A stretch of DNA of 64,000 nucleotides from Bdellovibrionales bacterium (GTDB lineage: Bacteria > Bdellovibrionota > Bdellovibrionia > Bdellovibrionales > UBA1609). Positions 50,167 to 58,383 of this stretch are shown in pieces. The notes under the pieces were generated by a model. That model was not told the DNA's origin, did no database searches, and worked only from the letters and a program-made list of their open reading frames with translations. The position numbers were made by a program, and so were the translations under genes. The DNA is taken from NCBI GenBank assembly GCA_965203095.1, contig OZ241877.1, positions 1,632,001 to 1,696,000 of the forward strand, given 5' to 3'. Positions within the stretch are counted from its first letter, which is position 1, and the number at the start of each line of letters is the position of its first letter.

Positions 50167-51078
50167 ATGATTTTTCATCCTGTAAATATTCAAAAGCAAA
50201 GGCAACAGTTAAGAAGCCAGCTGAGTTCCTCCTGTCTTCGTTTTGTAGGGAGTTTTTCCCCTCTGATTTCCCGCCTGATTGAGAAAAAGGCTTTTGATGG
50301 CATTTATATCTCTGGAGCTGTGATCAGTAGCTTCCATGGCTTTCCGGATACTGGCCTTATCGACTTATCCCAGTTGGCTCGTTTTGCAGGGGGGCTGATA
50401 TCCTGCTCCTCTCTTCCCTCCCTTGCGGATGCGGACACTGGTTTTGGTTCTGCTCTGTCTTGTGCCCGTGCGGTTTATGAGTTAGAGAAAAGAGGGCTTT
50501 CGGGCCTTCATATAGAGGATCAGGTTTGCCCTAAAAGATGTGGCCATTTGGACAAAAAAAAACTCATTCCCACAAAGGAAATGGTCTTAAAGATCCAGTC
50601 CGCAGTGAGGGCACGGCAGGATAAAAATTTTTTAATTATTGCCCGAACAGACGCCAGAGGGGTGGAGGGCTTAAACTCAGCTGTCGATCGGGCTAAGGAG
50701 TATGTGTTGGCGGGAGCGGATATGATCTTCCCAGAGGCTTTGCAATCGGTAGGGGAGTTTGAAAAGTTTCGCTCAGAGCTTTCTATCCCCCTTATAGCCA
50801 ATATGACAGAGTTTGGTAAAACAGAAATCATCCCTTACTCTGTTTTTAAAAAGATGGCTTATAATATAGTCATCTATCCAGTGAGTTTGTGGAGACTTAG
50901 CCTTAAGGCTGTAGATGAGGGCTTAAGCCTTTTGGCTGAAGATCGCCAAAAAGATCTTTTGCCCAAAATGCAGACCCGGAAAGAGCTTTACAATCTCTTA
51001 GAATATTCAGCTTACAACCAGTTTGACAAAGAGCTTTTTAACTTTTCTAATAACGAGGAGAAAGGCCCGAAACCTTAA
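50167..51078 (+). CDS. prpB: Methylisocitrate lyase
   Basis: YISGA, DADTGFG, HIEDQ..PKRCGHL, IARTDA, ANMTEFGKT, MQTRKELY. Confidence 0.92.
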   Translation: MIFHPVNIQKQRQQLRSQLSSSCLRFVGSFSPLISRLIEKKAFDGIYISGAVISSFHGFPDTGLIDLSQLARFAGGLISCSSLPSLADADTGFGSALSCARAVYELEKRGLSGLHIEDQVCPKRCGHLDKKKLIPTKEMVLKIQSAVRARQDKNFLIIARTDARGVEGLNSAVDRAKEYVLAGADMIFPEALQSVGEFEKFRSELSIPLIANMTEFGKTEIIPYSVFKKMAYNIVIYPVSLWRLSLKAVDEGLSLLAEDRQKDLLPKMQTRKELYNLLEYSAYNQFDKELFNFSNNEEKGPKP

Positions 51079-51142
51079 AGGCGATCATGTGCAAAAGATC
51101 TACTCATAAAAACCGGAAAGCCCGTTTTTTTACGGAGGATGA

Positions 51143-52213
51143 ATGATGACATATTACCATCAGCTGGATCCTTATTTAATTCATTTTTTTGGGAATTGGG
51201 GTATCCGCTGGTATTCATTGGCTTATATTTTTGGTGTTATAGTCGCTTATTTTGCCGGATATTATCTTGTCCGAAAAGGGAGAATCTCAGTAAATCCCTC
51301 TAAAATTTCGGACATTATCTTTTTTGGAGCTATAGGGGCTGTTGTAGGAGGGCGACTGGGCTATTGTGCTTTTTATAACACCGATCTTTTTTTGTCTTTT
51401 GACCCGGCCTTTCCCTATTGGGGGGCACTCAAAGTCTATCAAGGGGGAATGTCCAGCCACGGGGGTATTATAGGGCTTTTGCTCTCTCAAATTTTATATA
51501 GCTATCGTCATAAACTGAATGTTTTTTCCTTAATGGATTGGGCCACAGTGGCTGGCTCCGTTGGAATCTTTTTTGGCAGAATAGCCAACTTCATAAACGG
51601 AGAGCTTTATGGCCGTGTTGTGGAAGGCTCAACTTGGTTGGCTGTTCGTTTCCCAACTGAACTTTATTTATGGGCCTATCAGCCGGACCTCTATAAAAAA
51701 CAGTTGCTTTCCCTTAAAACTTTGTTGCCCTCTCTCTCCTCAGTGTCGACTTCTACAGCTAAAATACCTACGGCCTCTGTATGGGAGGAATGGGTTTCTA
51801 AAGCAGTTAATGGAGATTTGGTTTATGAGGGTTATATCTCTTATGTTTGTCGGTTAATTGTTCAAAACTCAGGGCAGGCTGAAATAAGAGCTGTTTTAGA
51901 GCCTTTACTCTTCCTTCGCTATCCCTCTCAACTCTATCAGGCATTGTTGGGGGGGCTGGCCACTTTTTTAATTGTTTGTATTTTCTGGCTAAAAGCCAGA
52001 AAGGCGGGTTTAGTGAGCTTGGTTTGGATTAGCAGTTATCTCATATTTCGCATAATAACAGAGTTTTACAGGCAACCCGACCCTCAAACTGGTTTTCAAT
52101 TTTTTCAGCTCAGCCAAGGGCAGTGGTTGAGTATTTGTCTTTTTCTAATCGTGGCTTTGTATGGTTATTTTATTTACAAAAGCCAACCTATAGGTTTTAA
52201 AAGGGCAAATTAA
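51143..52213 (+). CDS. lgt: Prolipoprotein diacylglyceryl transferase
   Basis: IRWYSLAY, GGRLGY, GGMSSHGG, GRIANFINGELYGR, PSQLY, EFYRQPD. Confidence 0.95.
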   Translation: MMTYYHQLDPYLIHFFGNWGIRWYSLAYIFGVIVAYFAGYYLVRKGRISVNPSKISDIIFFGAIGAVVGGRLGYCAFYNTDLFLSFDPAFPYWGALKVYQGGMSSHGGIIGLLLSQILYSYRHKLNVFSLMDWATVAGSVGIFFGRIANFINGELYGRVVEGSTWLAVRFPTELYLWAYQPDLYKKQLLSLKTLLPSLSSVSTSTAKIPTASVWEEWVSKAVNGDLVYEGYISYVCRLIVQNSGQAEIRAVLEPLLFLRYPSQLYQALLGGLATFLIVCIFWLKARKAGLVSLVWISSYLIFRIITEFYRQPDPQTGFQFFQLSQGQWLSICLFLIVALYGYFIYKSQPIGFKRAN

Positions 52214-52324
52214 CAGCTGAAACTTTATGGCTATCTTCTTACAAAAGAGGATATGGACAAAAATAACAAAGCCCTAACAGTTGGAGACTTTATGGACCTC
52301 CCCTTAAATATGATCTCTCTCGGT

Positions 52325-54016
52325 CTATTTCATTTCAGTTTTTAAATCAGAAGGGATAGCCTCTATCAGTTTACGGGTGTAAGGGTTTTTAGGGTTTTTG
52401 TAAATTTCATCCGGATCATTATATTCCACAATTTGGCCATTTTGCATAACGGCGATTTTATCAGAAATAAATTTTACCACAGATAAATCATGAGAGATAA
52501 AAATATAAGTCAAACTCATTTTGTCTTGAAGATCTTTTAAGAGGTTTAAAATTTGTGCCTGTATGGAGACATCTAAGGAAGAAACCGACTCATCACATAT
52601 AATAAATTCCGGCTGAACAGCAATGGCACGAGCAATGCAAACCCTTTGCCTTTGCCCACCAGAAAATTCATGAGGGTAGCGGTTGGTCATGTTTTTGTTT
52701 AAACCCACTTGCTCCATAAGGGATTCCACTTTGTCCATCCTCTGTTTTTTGTCGGAATAGAGCTTATGGATAATCATCGGTTCCATAATAGAGGCTCCCA
52801 CAGTCATTCTGGGGTTTAAAGAGGCGTAAGGATCTTGAAAAATAATCTGCATCTTCCTTCTCATAGCTTTGAGCTTTTTCGAATCCAACTGAAGAATATC
52901 TGTTTTATTGTATAAAATTTGCCCTTCGGAGGCTTGGATAAGACGCAAAATAGTTCGGCCCAAAGTGGTTTTGCCACAACCGGATTCCCCAACTAAACCC
53001 AAAGTGCTGGCTTTGTGGACTTCAAAGGAGACATTATCCACCGCTTTTATGTAGGAGAGGCTTTTTCCAAAAAAAGATTTTTTTAAAGGGAAATATTTTT
53101 TTAAGCCTTTAACTTCCAGCAAAGCTTCTCCGGTGAAATCTTTTTGGACTTTTAGCGGAAGGTTTTGGAGGATTTTAGTTTTCCCTGTCAAAAAGTCGTT
53201 CACTGTGGGCAGGCGAGCTAAGTTTTTGTTCAGTTTGGGCCGGCAGGCAATTAAACCTTGAGTATAAGCCTTTTGAGGTTTTTTAAAAACATCTTCAGTG
53301 GGGCCGGCCTCCACGATTTTTCCCTCACGCATGACTACAATCTTTTGAGCAATTTCAGCAATAAGAGCTAAGTCATGAGAGATAAACAGGACAGACATTT
53401 TCATCTTTTCTTGAAGATTTTGGATAAGCTCGATGATTTGTTTTTGAATGGTCACATCTAAGGCTGTGGTCGGCTCATCAGCAATAAGAAGATCGGGCTG
53501 GCAAGCTATGGCCATGGCAATCATCACCCTTTGCCTTTGCCCGCCACTCATCTCATGCGGGTAAGATTGTGCCCGGCGGGAGGGTTGGGATATTCCCACT
53601 TGATCTAACAGATCAATAGTTTTTTCCCGGGCTTCTTTTTTGTTTTTGTTTTGGTGCAAAATTAAAGCCTCATCAATTTGATAGCCCACGGTGAAAACAG
53701 GATTCAGGCTGGTCATAGGCTCTTGAAAAATCATAGAGATCTGATTGCCTCTCACTTGACGCATTTGCTTTTCAGAGAGTTGGAGCAGGTCCTTCCCTTT
53801 AAATAGGATTTGCCCTTGGCTAATATCCCCCGGCGGTTGAGGGATGAGCCTTATAATGCTTAATGCAGTCACACTTTTCCCCGATCCCGATTCGCCCACC
53901 ACCCCTAAGGCCTCTCCTTTTGTAATATCAAGGGACACTCCTCTTAGAGCTTTAACAAAAAGCTCTTTTGTTTTAAATTCTACTTGAAGATTTTTTATTG
54001 ATAGAAAAGCAGACAT
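52325..54016 (-). CDS. Peptide ABC transporter ATP-binding protein (two fused NBDs)
   Basis: GESGSGKS and GESGCGKT; two SGGQRQR signatures; [11 protein letters not shown] and [11 protein letters not shown]. Confidence 0.93.
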   Translation of the reverse strand: MSAFLSIKNLQVEFKTKELFVKALRGVSLDITKGEALGVVGESGSGKSVTALSIIRLIPQPPGDISQGQILFKGKDLLQLSEKQMRQVRGNQISMIFQEPMTSLNPVFTVGYQIDEALILHQNKNKKEAREKTIDLLDQVGISQPSRRAQSYPHEMSGGQRQRVMIAMAIACQPDLLIADEPTTALDVTIQKQIIELIQNLQEKMKMSVLFISHDLALIAEIAQKIVVMREGKIVEAGPTEDVFKKPQKAYTQGLIACRPKLNKNLARLPTVNDFLTGKTKILQNLPLKVQKDFTGEALLEVKGLKKYFPLKKSFFGKSLSYIKAVDNVSFEVHKASTLGLVGESGCGKTTLGRTILRLIQASEGQILYNKTDILQLDSKKLKAMRRKMQIIFQDPYASLNPRMTVGASIMEPMIIHKLYSDKKQRMDKVESLMEQVGLNKNMTNRYPHEFSGGQRQRVCIARAIAVQPEFIICDESVSSLDVSIQAQILNLLKDLQDKMSLTYIFISHDLSVVKFISDKIAVMQNGQIVEYNDPDEIYKNPKNPYTRKLIEAIPSDLKTEMK

Positions 54017-54069
54017 AATAGCAGTTTACTGTGCTGTGTAGGGCTATGTCCAGCCTTTTTTGCACTAAA

Positions 54070-55200
54070 CTAAGGCATTTTCAGCTCTTTGCAAAATAAT
54101 TCAAACGGCAGGACCCTCACCCCTCCCTTTTCATAATTTTTATTTTTTTGATGAACTTGATAAAAGCCAGGGATATTTGTCCTCTCTTTAAAGTAGCGAA
54201 TAGAAGGGGAAACTTGGGAGTCTCCTGACTTGCACTCCACAGCAAAGACAGGTTTTTTGTTTTTAAGAAGAACAAAATCCACTTCCCTTTTGTCTGTATC
54301 TCTAAGAAATCTCAGGTCCCATTTCTCTCCTTCAGTATCTTCTTTAAAGTGACAATATTTGAGCAGTTGGCTCGCCACTAAGTTTTCAAATCTCGGCCCT
54401 TCTTTTTCAATAGAAGTCCAGTTGTAAAGGTAAAGCTTTTTTTCTTTTTTGACGGCACGAATGCGAGGCGGACCAAAAGGCAAAATGCGAAAGCAAACAA
54501 AAAGGCTTTCTAAAATACAGATCCATCTTTCCACGGTTTCGTGAGAAACTTCTAAATCCTCTTTTAAGTTTTTGATCGATAGGGGAGAGCCTACTCTTTC
54601 TGGCAAGGCTGACACAAGAGTTTCTAAAATGTCTAATTCCTTGACTCTTTCTAAGTCACGAACATCCTCTCGAACAAGCCCATCCGCTCTTTCTTTTTGC
54701 CATCTCATGTAGATTTTTTTTGATCCAGCAAAAAGAGGTTCTGGAAAACCGCTCAAGTTTAGAAGATCCTTCAAGTCTTTTTTTGTGGGACGAGGGTTTA
54801 ACTCTCTGAGAGAAAAGGGGTGCATGCGGTAAGAAAAGTAACGACCCTGAAGGGAATCACCCCCGCGACTATAATGTTTTAAGCTACCTGAGCCTGTGAT
54901 GAGGAAGTGCCTTTTTGATTTTTCTTTATCGTAAAGCCCCTTCAATAAATTTCTCCAGCGAGAGTATTTATGCAGTTCGTCAAATAGCAAAATTTTTTCA
55001 TTAGGGGGCAGTTGTTCGGCCAGTATTCTTTTTCTGTCCTTTTTAGAATCCCAATTTAAGTAGGTGGGATGGCTCTCCGAGCCTTTTTTTAAAAAGCTTA
55101 AGGAAAAGGTGGTTTTGCCCACTTGACGGGGGCCGGAAAGGAAAACCATCTTCTTTTTTAAATCTTTTTTAATGGTTTTTTTAAGGTATCTTTCACTCAT
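54070..55200 (-). CDS. AAA+ (AAA_14) ATPase with C-terminal DUF4143 / PD-(D/E)xK-like domain
   Basis: GPRQVGKTT, FDELHK, TGSGS, DSLQGR, SGFPEP, KLYLY, FENLV, REVDFV...AVECK. Confidence 0.88.
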   Translation of the reverse strand: MSERYLKKTIKKDLKKKMVFLSGPRQVGKTTFSLSFLKKGSESHPTYLNWDSKKDRKRILAEQLPPNEKILLFDELHKYSRWRNLLKGLYDKEKSKRHFLITGSGSLKHYSRGGDSLQGRYFSYRMHPFSLRELNPRPTKKDLKDLLNLSGFPEPLFAGSKKIYMRWQKERADGLVREDVRDLERVKELDILETLVSALPERVGSPLSIKNLKEDLEVSHETVERWICILESLFVCFRILPFGPPRIRAVKKEKKLYLYNWTSIEKEGPRFENLVASQLLKYCHFKEDTEGEKWDLRFLRDTDKREVDFVLLKNKKPVFAVECKSGDSQVSPSIRYFKERTNIPGFYQVHQKNKNYEKGGVRVLPFELFCKELKMP

Positions 55201-55257
55201 AAGTATATAAATACTATCATAGTCCTATGTGAAAAAGCAAGTCATCCCGCAAATGCT

Positions 55258-55346
55258 CAGTAAAACAGACCTGATTTTATCCATGAGTAAAGTCAGATGG
55301 ACCTGATTTTACTCACGAGTAAAGTAAGATGGACCTAATTTTACTC
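55258..55346. repeat. Tandem array of 30-bp palindromes (period 32) upstream of the ATPase
   Basis: GAGTAAAGTCAG-ATGGAC-CTGATTTTACTC (55285-55314), GAGTAAAGTAAG-ATGGAC-CTAATTTTACTC (55317-55346), degenerate copy at 55258-55282. Confidence 0.85.
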
Positions 55347-55350
55347 ATGT

Positions 55351-55660
55351 TGGTTTTTGCTTATACGATAGTAAGGGCAGAAGCTTTTCACAGGCAATTC
55401 TTTAGGTTCTTTGCCCAAAGCCACAGCATTTCGGGACGGCAATACCTTGGACCCTCATGCTGTGGCTTTGGGCAAAAGCAGATAGACAGTCATTCCCGTG
55501 AAAACGGGAATCCATTTTGGACTTTAACCATGAAAAAAGTCTATATTTAATAGATCGCATAAGCAAAAGACCATTCTTTTTCAGGACAATAATACCTTAG
55601 ACCCTCACCGTTGGTTTTTGCTTATGCGATAAAGAACAAGAGCTTTTTCACGGGCGACCA
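55351..55660. mobile_element. Cluster of MITE-family pieces: right half, subtype-1 hairpin, dRS3-like palindrome, subtype-2 copy
   Basis: Perfect 20-bp stem 55410-55429 / 55457-55476 around the invariant loop; GTCATTCCCGTGAAAACGGGAATCC at 55489; ATCGCATAAGCAAAA...TTTTGCTTATGCGAT...TTTTTCACGGGCGACCA. Confidence 0.78.
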
Positions 55661-55751
55661 ACTAAGGGCCAGTTTTTTTTTAAAAAATTGAAAAGCTTTT
55701 CTATAAATTTTAAATTAGAGTTGTTTCCTGTTTTAAAAGAGGGGGGTTATT

Positions 55752-56162
55752 ATGTTTCGTTATCTTGTTTTTTTGATTTTCTTTTTATTTGTTCCACTGG
55801 CTATTTCCGCTCCGTCTAACAAACCCCGAGGGGACTGTGAGGGCAGAGAGTGGGGCAACTTATTCGACTCTCTTTCCAGAATTAAGGATGAATATATTGC
55901 ACTACAAAGAATGACTGGCGTAAACTGGGGACTCTTTATCGCCTTTGCCCAGGATTCAAGAATTACCGAAGATTTAAGACTTAGCATGCGACAAATCAAT
56001 CGGATGGGAAATATTTTAAAACAACTTATAGAACAAGAGAAAAATCTTGTAGATAGAGCCATTGTGCTAAGCATAAAACTGAAAAGATTAAGTGAGAATT
56101 GTGTGACAGAATCAGACTATGAAGTGGAAGAAACCCCGAGGAAGAGAGAGCAAAAAAAATAA
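55752..56162 (+). CDS. Hypothetical secreted protein
   Basis: Signal peptide, two Cys, helical body; GAGG RBS. Confidence 0.7.
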   Translation: MFRYLVFLIFFLFVPLAISAPSNKPRGDCEGREWGNLFDSLSRIKDEYIALQRMTGVNWGLFIAFAQDSRITEDLRLSMRQINRMGNILKQLIEQEKNLVDRAIVLSIKLKRLSENCVTESDYEVEETPRKREQKK

Positions 56163-56290
56163 AGGTCTGGAAACTCTTTTAATTTCTATCCTTTTTGTCA
56201 GTTTGTTAAAAAGTCTGGAGGCTTTGTTTTTGACGATTTTTTATTAGACCTCTTGTCAAGTCAGGGCGGTTTTGGTAAATTGCAATCCTC

Positions 56291-56938
56291 ATGCCAAGGA
56301 CAAAAAAAACCAAAAAATCTCTTTATATGGATGGGTTGTTCGGCCCAGAGGATCCCTACTTAAAAGCCCTTCGTAAATTAGCTCAAAAAGAGGGGCTGGA
56401 GGGCATGCAAATCTCCCTACATGAAGGGCGAATTTTAGAGTTTTTAACCCGAATTTTTAAAGCCAAAAAGATAGTGGAGATAGGGACTCTTTATGGCTAT
56501 TCTGCCTTCTGTATGGCTCGTGCCCTTCCCGCAGATGGGAAGATTTGGACTTTAGATTACTCTGTCGAAAAGCAAAAAAAAGCTCAGGAAGTTTTAAAAA
56601 ACTCATCAATAGGCCAAAAAATCCACTGTCTATCAGGTCCGGCTCAAGGGAGTTTGAAAACCATAACCGCTTCAGCCCCTTTTGATATGTTGTTTATTGA
56701 TGCTGATAAAGAATCCTATTTAGAGTATCTCTCCTGGGCAGAAAAGCATTTAAAAAAAGAAGGTCTGTTGGTAGCGGACAACAGCTTTTTATTTGGTGCG
56801 GTTTATGGGGGGGCCAGTCGCCCTCTAAAACCTAAAGCTACAGAAGTAATGAAAGAGTTTAACCTCCGCATATCCTCTTTTTGGAAGGGGGCTTTAATCC
56901 CCACCTCAGAGGGGCTGACTGTGGGTTTAAGGCCCTGA
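56291..56938 (+). CDS. SAM-dependent O-methyltransferase (COMT/CCoAOMT family)
   Basis: IVEIGTLYGYSA, FDMLFIDADK, LLVADN. Confidence 0.9.
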   Translation: MPRTKKTKKSLYMDGLFGPEDPYLKALRKLAQKEGLEGMQISLHEGRILEFLTRIFKAKKIVEIGTLYGYSAFCMARALPADGKIWTLDYSVEKQKKAQEVLKNSSIGQKIHCLSGPAQGSLKTITASAPFDMLFIDADKESYLEYLSWAEKHLKKEGLLVADNSFLFGAVYGGASRPLKPKATEVMKEFNLRISSFWKGALIPTSEGLTVGLRP

Positions 56939-57114
56939 GCTTTTTAGCAAGCTTTTTCAAAACACTTAAAAGTTCTTAAAATGTGGCACATAATGGAGAT
57001 CTGCTCAAAAAAAGTGTTAAGATTGTTTCAATTTTCAAGTAGAAATATCAAATTTTGTTTAAGAAAGCCCTCTCTATGTTTTTAAGCTATGGATTTATGC
57101 TATTATAAAGACCT

Positions 57115-58368
57115 GTGAAAAAGCTTACTAATAGATTGCATAAGTTATCCCCACTTAAGTTGGGAAAGACCCTTGTTTTGTTTATTTTTTTATGGCCTAT
57201 TGCTCTTTTAGCTGAGCCTTCTATCCCTCCGGTTTTAATGTCCTCTGAGCTGGTGAGTGAGGAAGGATCCTGGGAATCTCTTAATGAAGACATCTTCTTA
57301 GATGAAGAGATTCAAGAAAATAGAAGTTTGAAAGCTTTTTGGAAAACTGTTTTTGAAACTAAAATCCTATCCGACAAAGCCACAATGAACGCCATTGTCA
57401 GTAATGAGATTTACGGCAAACTGGATCTCAAAATGACAGAATTTTTATCTTTTCACACAAAGGGCTTGATTATCGGGAGAAACGGTTTTACTCAATCTAT
57501 TTACGATCGGGACGATCGGCAAAGGGGGCTTTACCTTTTGGAAGGTTTTTTTAAATGGCATTCTGAAAGCCCTTTCGCCATTCAAGCGGGAAGTATCCAG
57601 CAAAATTTTTTAAAAGCTCCACTTTTGACTTCAGACAAAAGCTTCCCCAGCCTGCTCGGTGAGTTTTCTTTTGAATTTTACCCTCCTTATAGTTTGTCCT
57701 TTTTATTGCAAACAGCTATTCCTGAAAATGCTTCAGAGATAGTCCGAAGGGAGCCTGAGGTTTTAAAATCTCCTCCTTGGTTTTTCAGTTCTTCTGCTTT
57801 TTTTGTTGAGCCAGATTTTCTGTTTGACTTAGGTATAGAGGAGCGACTGACTTTATTTTACTATCATAATTTGTCACCCGCTGTGGCGGACAGGAGCCGG
57901 ATCTATGGCAACAGTATAGAGCGGACGGCCAGTTCCTCCACCTTTAAATACCCTTTTTTGGGGCTTCACAATCATATCCAGATAAAAAAAAGTCTTTCTA
58001 CTTTTTGGATTGTGGAAGTGGGGGGAATTTGGTTATATAATTTTTTAGCACCAAACACTCACAATGAGGGGATGAGGCTTTATAGCACGGTTTATCACAA
58101 CTACGATGACATTATGGAAATCAAATTGAAGGGGGAGTTTTTTGCCAACCAGTCTGACAGCTCTGTCGCTTACTACAGTAGCGAGACTTATGGGCGAAAC
58201 AACCAAAGAGGCTTTTTAGCAGAGGCTCAAAATCATTTTTACGATTCGGGGTTGACTGTGGGTTTAAGGTTTGTCTACAGCCAACCCATAAACTATCCCG
58301 ACAAATCACCTAAGGGTTCTTCTTTTTCCTTTTCTTTTTCTTTAATGACAAATTATATTCCTATTTGA
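57115..58368 (+). CDS. Hypothetical exported protein, probable outer-membrane beta-barrel
   Basis: Signal peptide (..IALLA); aromatic-rich alternating strands, e.g. FSFSFSL near the C-terminus. Confidence 0.6.
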   Translation: MKKLTNRLHKLSPLKLGKTLVLFIFLWPIALLAEPSIPPVLMSSELVSEEGSWESLNEDIFLDEEIQENRSLKAFWKTVFETKILSDKATMNAIVSNEIYGKLDLKMTEFLSFHTKGLIIGRNGFTQSIYDRDDRQRGLYLLEGFFKWHSESPFAIQAGSIQQNFLKAPLLTSDKSFPSLLGEFSFEFYPPYSLSFLLQTAIPENASEIVRREPEVLKSPPWFFSSSAFFVEPDFLFDLGIEERLTLFYYHNLSPAVADRSRIYGNSIERTASSSTFKYPFLGLHNHIQIKKSLSTFWIVEVGGIWLYNFLAPNTHNEGMRLYSTVYHNYDDIMEIKLKGEFFANQSDSSVAYYSSETYGRNNQRGFLAEAQNHFYDSGLTVGLRFVYSQPINYPDKSPKGSSFSFSFSLMTNYIPI

Positions 58369-58383
58369 ACTGGGGTTTAAAAA

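Noticed and set aside
55258..55346. Possible CRISPR array
   Set aside because: Units are separated by only 2 nt, there are no unique spacers, and no cas genes are in the window.
55824..55838. PRGDC (RGD-like) motif in a secreted hypothetical protein
   Set aside because: A tripeptide match is expected by chance; no supporting context.
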